Shown one piece after another: positions 58,863-59,500 of a stretch of DNA of 59,500 bases. A program made the position numbers and the translations under genes. Source of the stretch: Pirellulales bacterium (GTDB lineage: Bacteria > Planctomycetota > Planctomycetia > Pirellulales > UBA1268); assembly GCA_044342075.1 (NCBI GenBank), contig JBIIQM010000005.1, forward strand, positions 1 to 59,500, given 5' to 3'. Positions within the stretch are counted from its first letter, which is position 1. Every line of letters starts with the position of its first letter. The notes under the pieces are model-generated. The model saw only the letters and a list, made by a program, of their open reading frames with translations. It was not told where the DNA came from and did no database searches.

Positions 58863-59500
58863 TCATTTCACCTCGAGCGTGAGGTCGGGACGGTTTTTTC
58901 TTACCTGCTCGATCGCAGTGTTGGTGATCGCCGGATTGCGGGTGATCCCCAGCCGCCGCAGCGTGGGGATCGCGGCCGCGAAGGCGACGGCCTCGTCGGT
59001 CGCCTGCCTGTCGAGCAGATCCAGTTCGACGAGCGGCACGCCGGCGATGCCCGCCAGCGCTTTGCCCGAACTCTCCTTGTTGAAACTGCCGAGGCCGAGT
59101 CGCTCGAGGCGACCGAATGCCGCAAGCGCCGGAGCCGCAGCGTCGGTGAACGCGGCGTGCGCGACCCAGAGCCGTTTCAGATTCGGCATCCGGGAGATGG
59201 CCGCCAGCCCGGTGTCGCTGACCGGCGCATGGTGCAAGTTGACGTTCGTCAGCTTCGTCAGTTTGCCGAGGTGCGTGAAGCCGCTGCCCGTGCAGGGTGT
59301 GGATGCGAGGCCGAGCGACTGGAGTTCCGAGAGCCCGGCGAGGTGCACGAAATGCTCGTCGGTGACGGGCGTCAGGGTGAGATTGAGATTCTCGAGCTTC
59401 GTGAGGCCGGCGATGTGCTCGAGGCCCGGCCCGTGGACGTCGCAGTTGGTCAGCCGCAGCTCCGTGAGCGACGTCGCCCCGGCCAGGTGTTCGAGCCAGG
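58863..59500 (-). CDS. Leucine-rich-repeat protein (5-prime part outside the window)
   Basis: Repeated LxxLxLxxxxVTDxGL-type units: LSELQSLGLASTPCTGSG, LTKLTNVNLHHAPVSDTG, LVELDLLDRQATDEA. Confidence 0.88.
   Translation of the reverse strand, partial: WLEHLAGATSLTELRLTNCDVHGPGLEHIAGLTKLENLNLTLTPVTDEHFVHLAGLSELQSLGLASTPCTGSGFTHLGKLTKLTNVNLHHAPVSDTGLAAISRMPNLKRLWVAHAAFTDAAAPALAAFGRLERLGLGSFNKESSGKALAGIAGVPLVELDLLDRQATDEAVAFAAAIPTLRRLGITRNPAITNTAIEQVRKNRPDLTLEVK

Noticed and set aside
52794-59500. Search for a second copy of the tRNA 3-prime end (distal att)
   Set aside because: None found by eye in the window, so no att pair is claimed

Overview
High-GC bacterial chromosome segment, most likely from a planctomycete (Pirellulales-like). 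The inference rests on the H4MPT C1 genes, BBP2 porin, FlgI paralogue, Xis-HTH/receiver protein and Zn-ribbon/TM proteins. About 1-52.8 kb is core-like DNA: yhaO/yhaN-like pair, GT2 fusion, fabI, cbpA-rnpA-yidD, ppk1, a dispersed tetrahydromethanopterin module (citG-like, PTPS, mch, RimK-like ligase, mtd, fae, ATP-grasp), rnpB, rsgA, hflX, rimI, flgI-like-smc, moaC, nrdR, rpoN, recR, dnaX, ffs, mutS, an FdhF/YdeP oxidoreductase, a MntA/HepT toxin-antitoxin pair and two tRNAs. From the tRNA(CAT) at 52.7 kb to about 58.6 kb lies an accessory island: a large serine recombinase whose stop codon lies inside the tRNA, four co-oriented unknown ORFs, and decayed IS91-like and IS630 elements. Best leads: (1) an A9 slippage site in dnaX with immediate stops in both shifted frames; (2) a ~250-nt multi-helix RNA with UUCG and GAAA tetraloops that I do not recognise, upstream of an Xis-HTH/atypical receiver gene; (3) the tRNA-overlapping serine recombinase cassette with a hairpin covering an RBS and start codon; (4) a metal-site-degenerate SbcD-like protein beside an intact membrane-anchored ATPase; (5) a GT2/GT-C-like fusion; (6) a CExxHGH PTPS in the H4MPT cluster. 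All calls were made by eye; no database searches were run.
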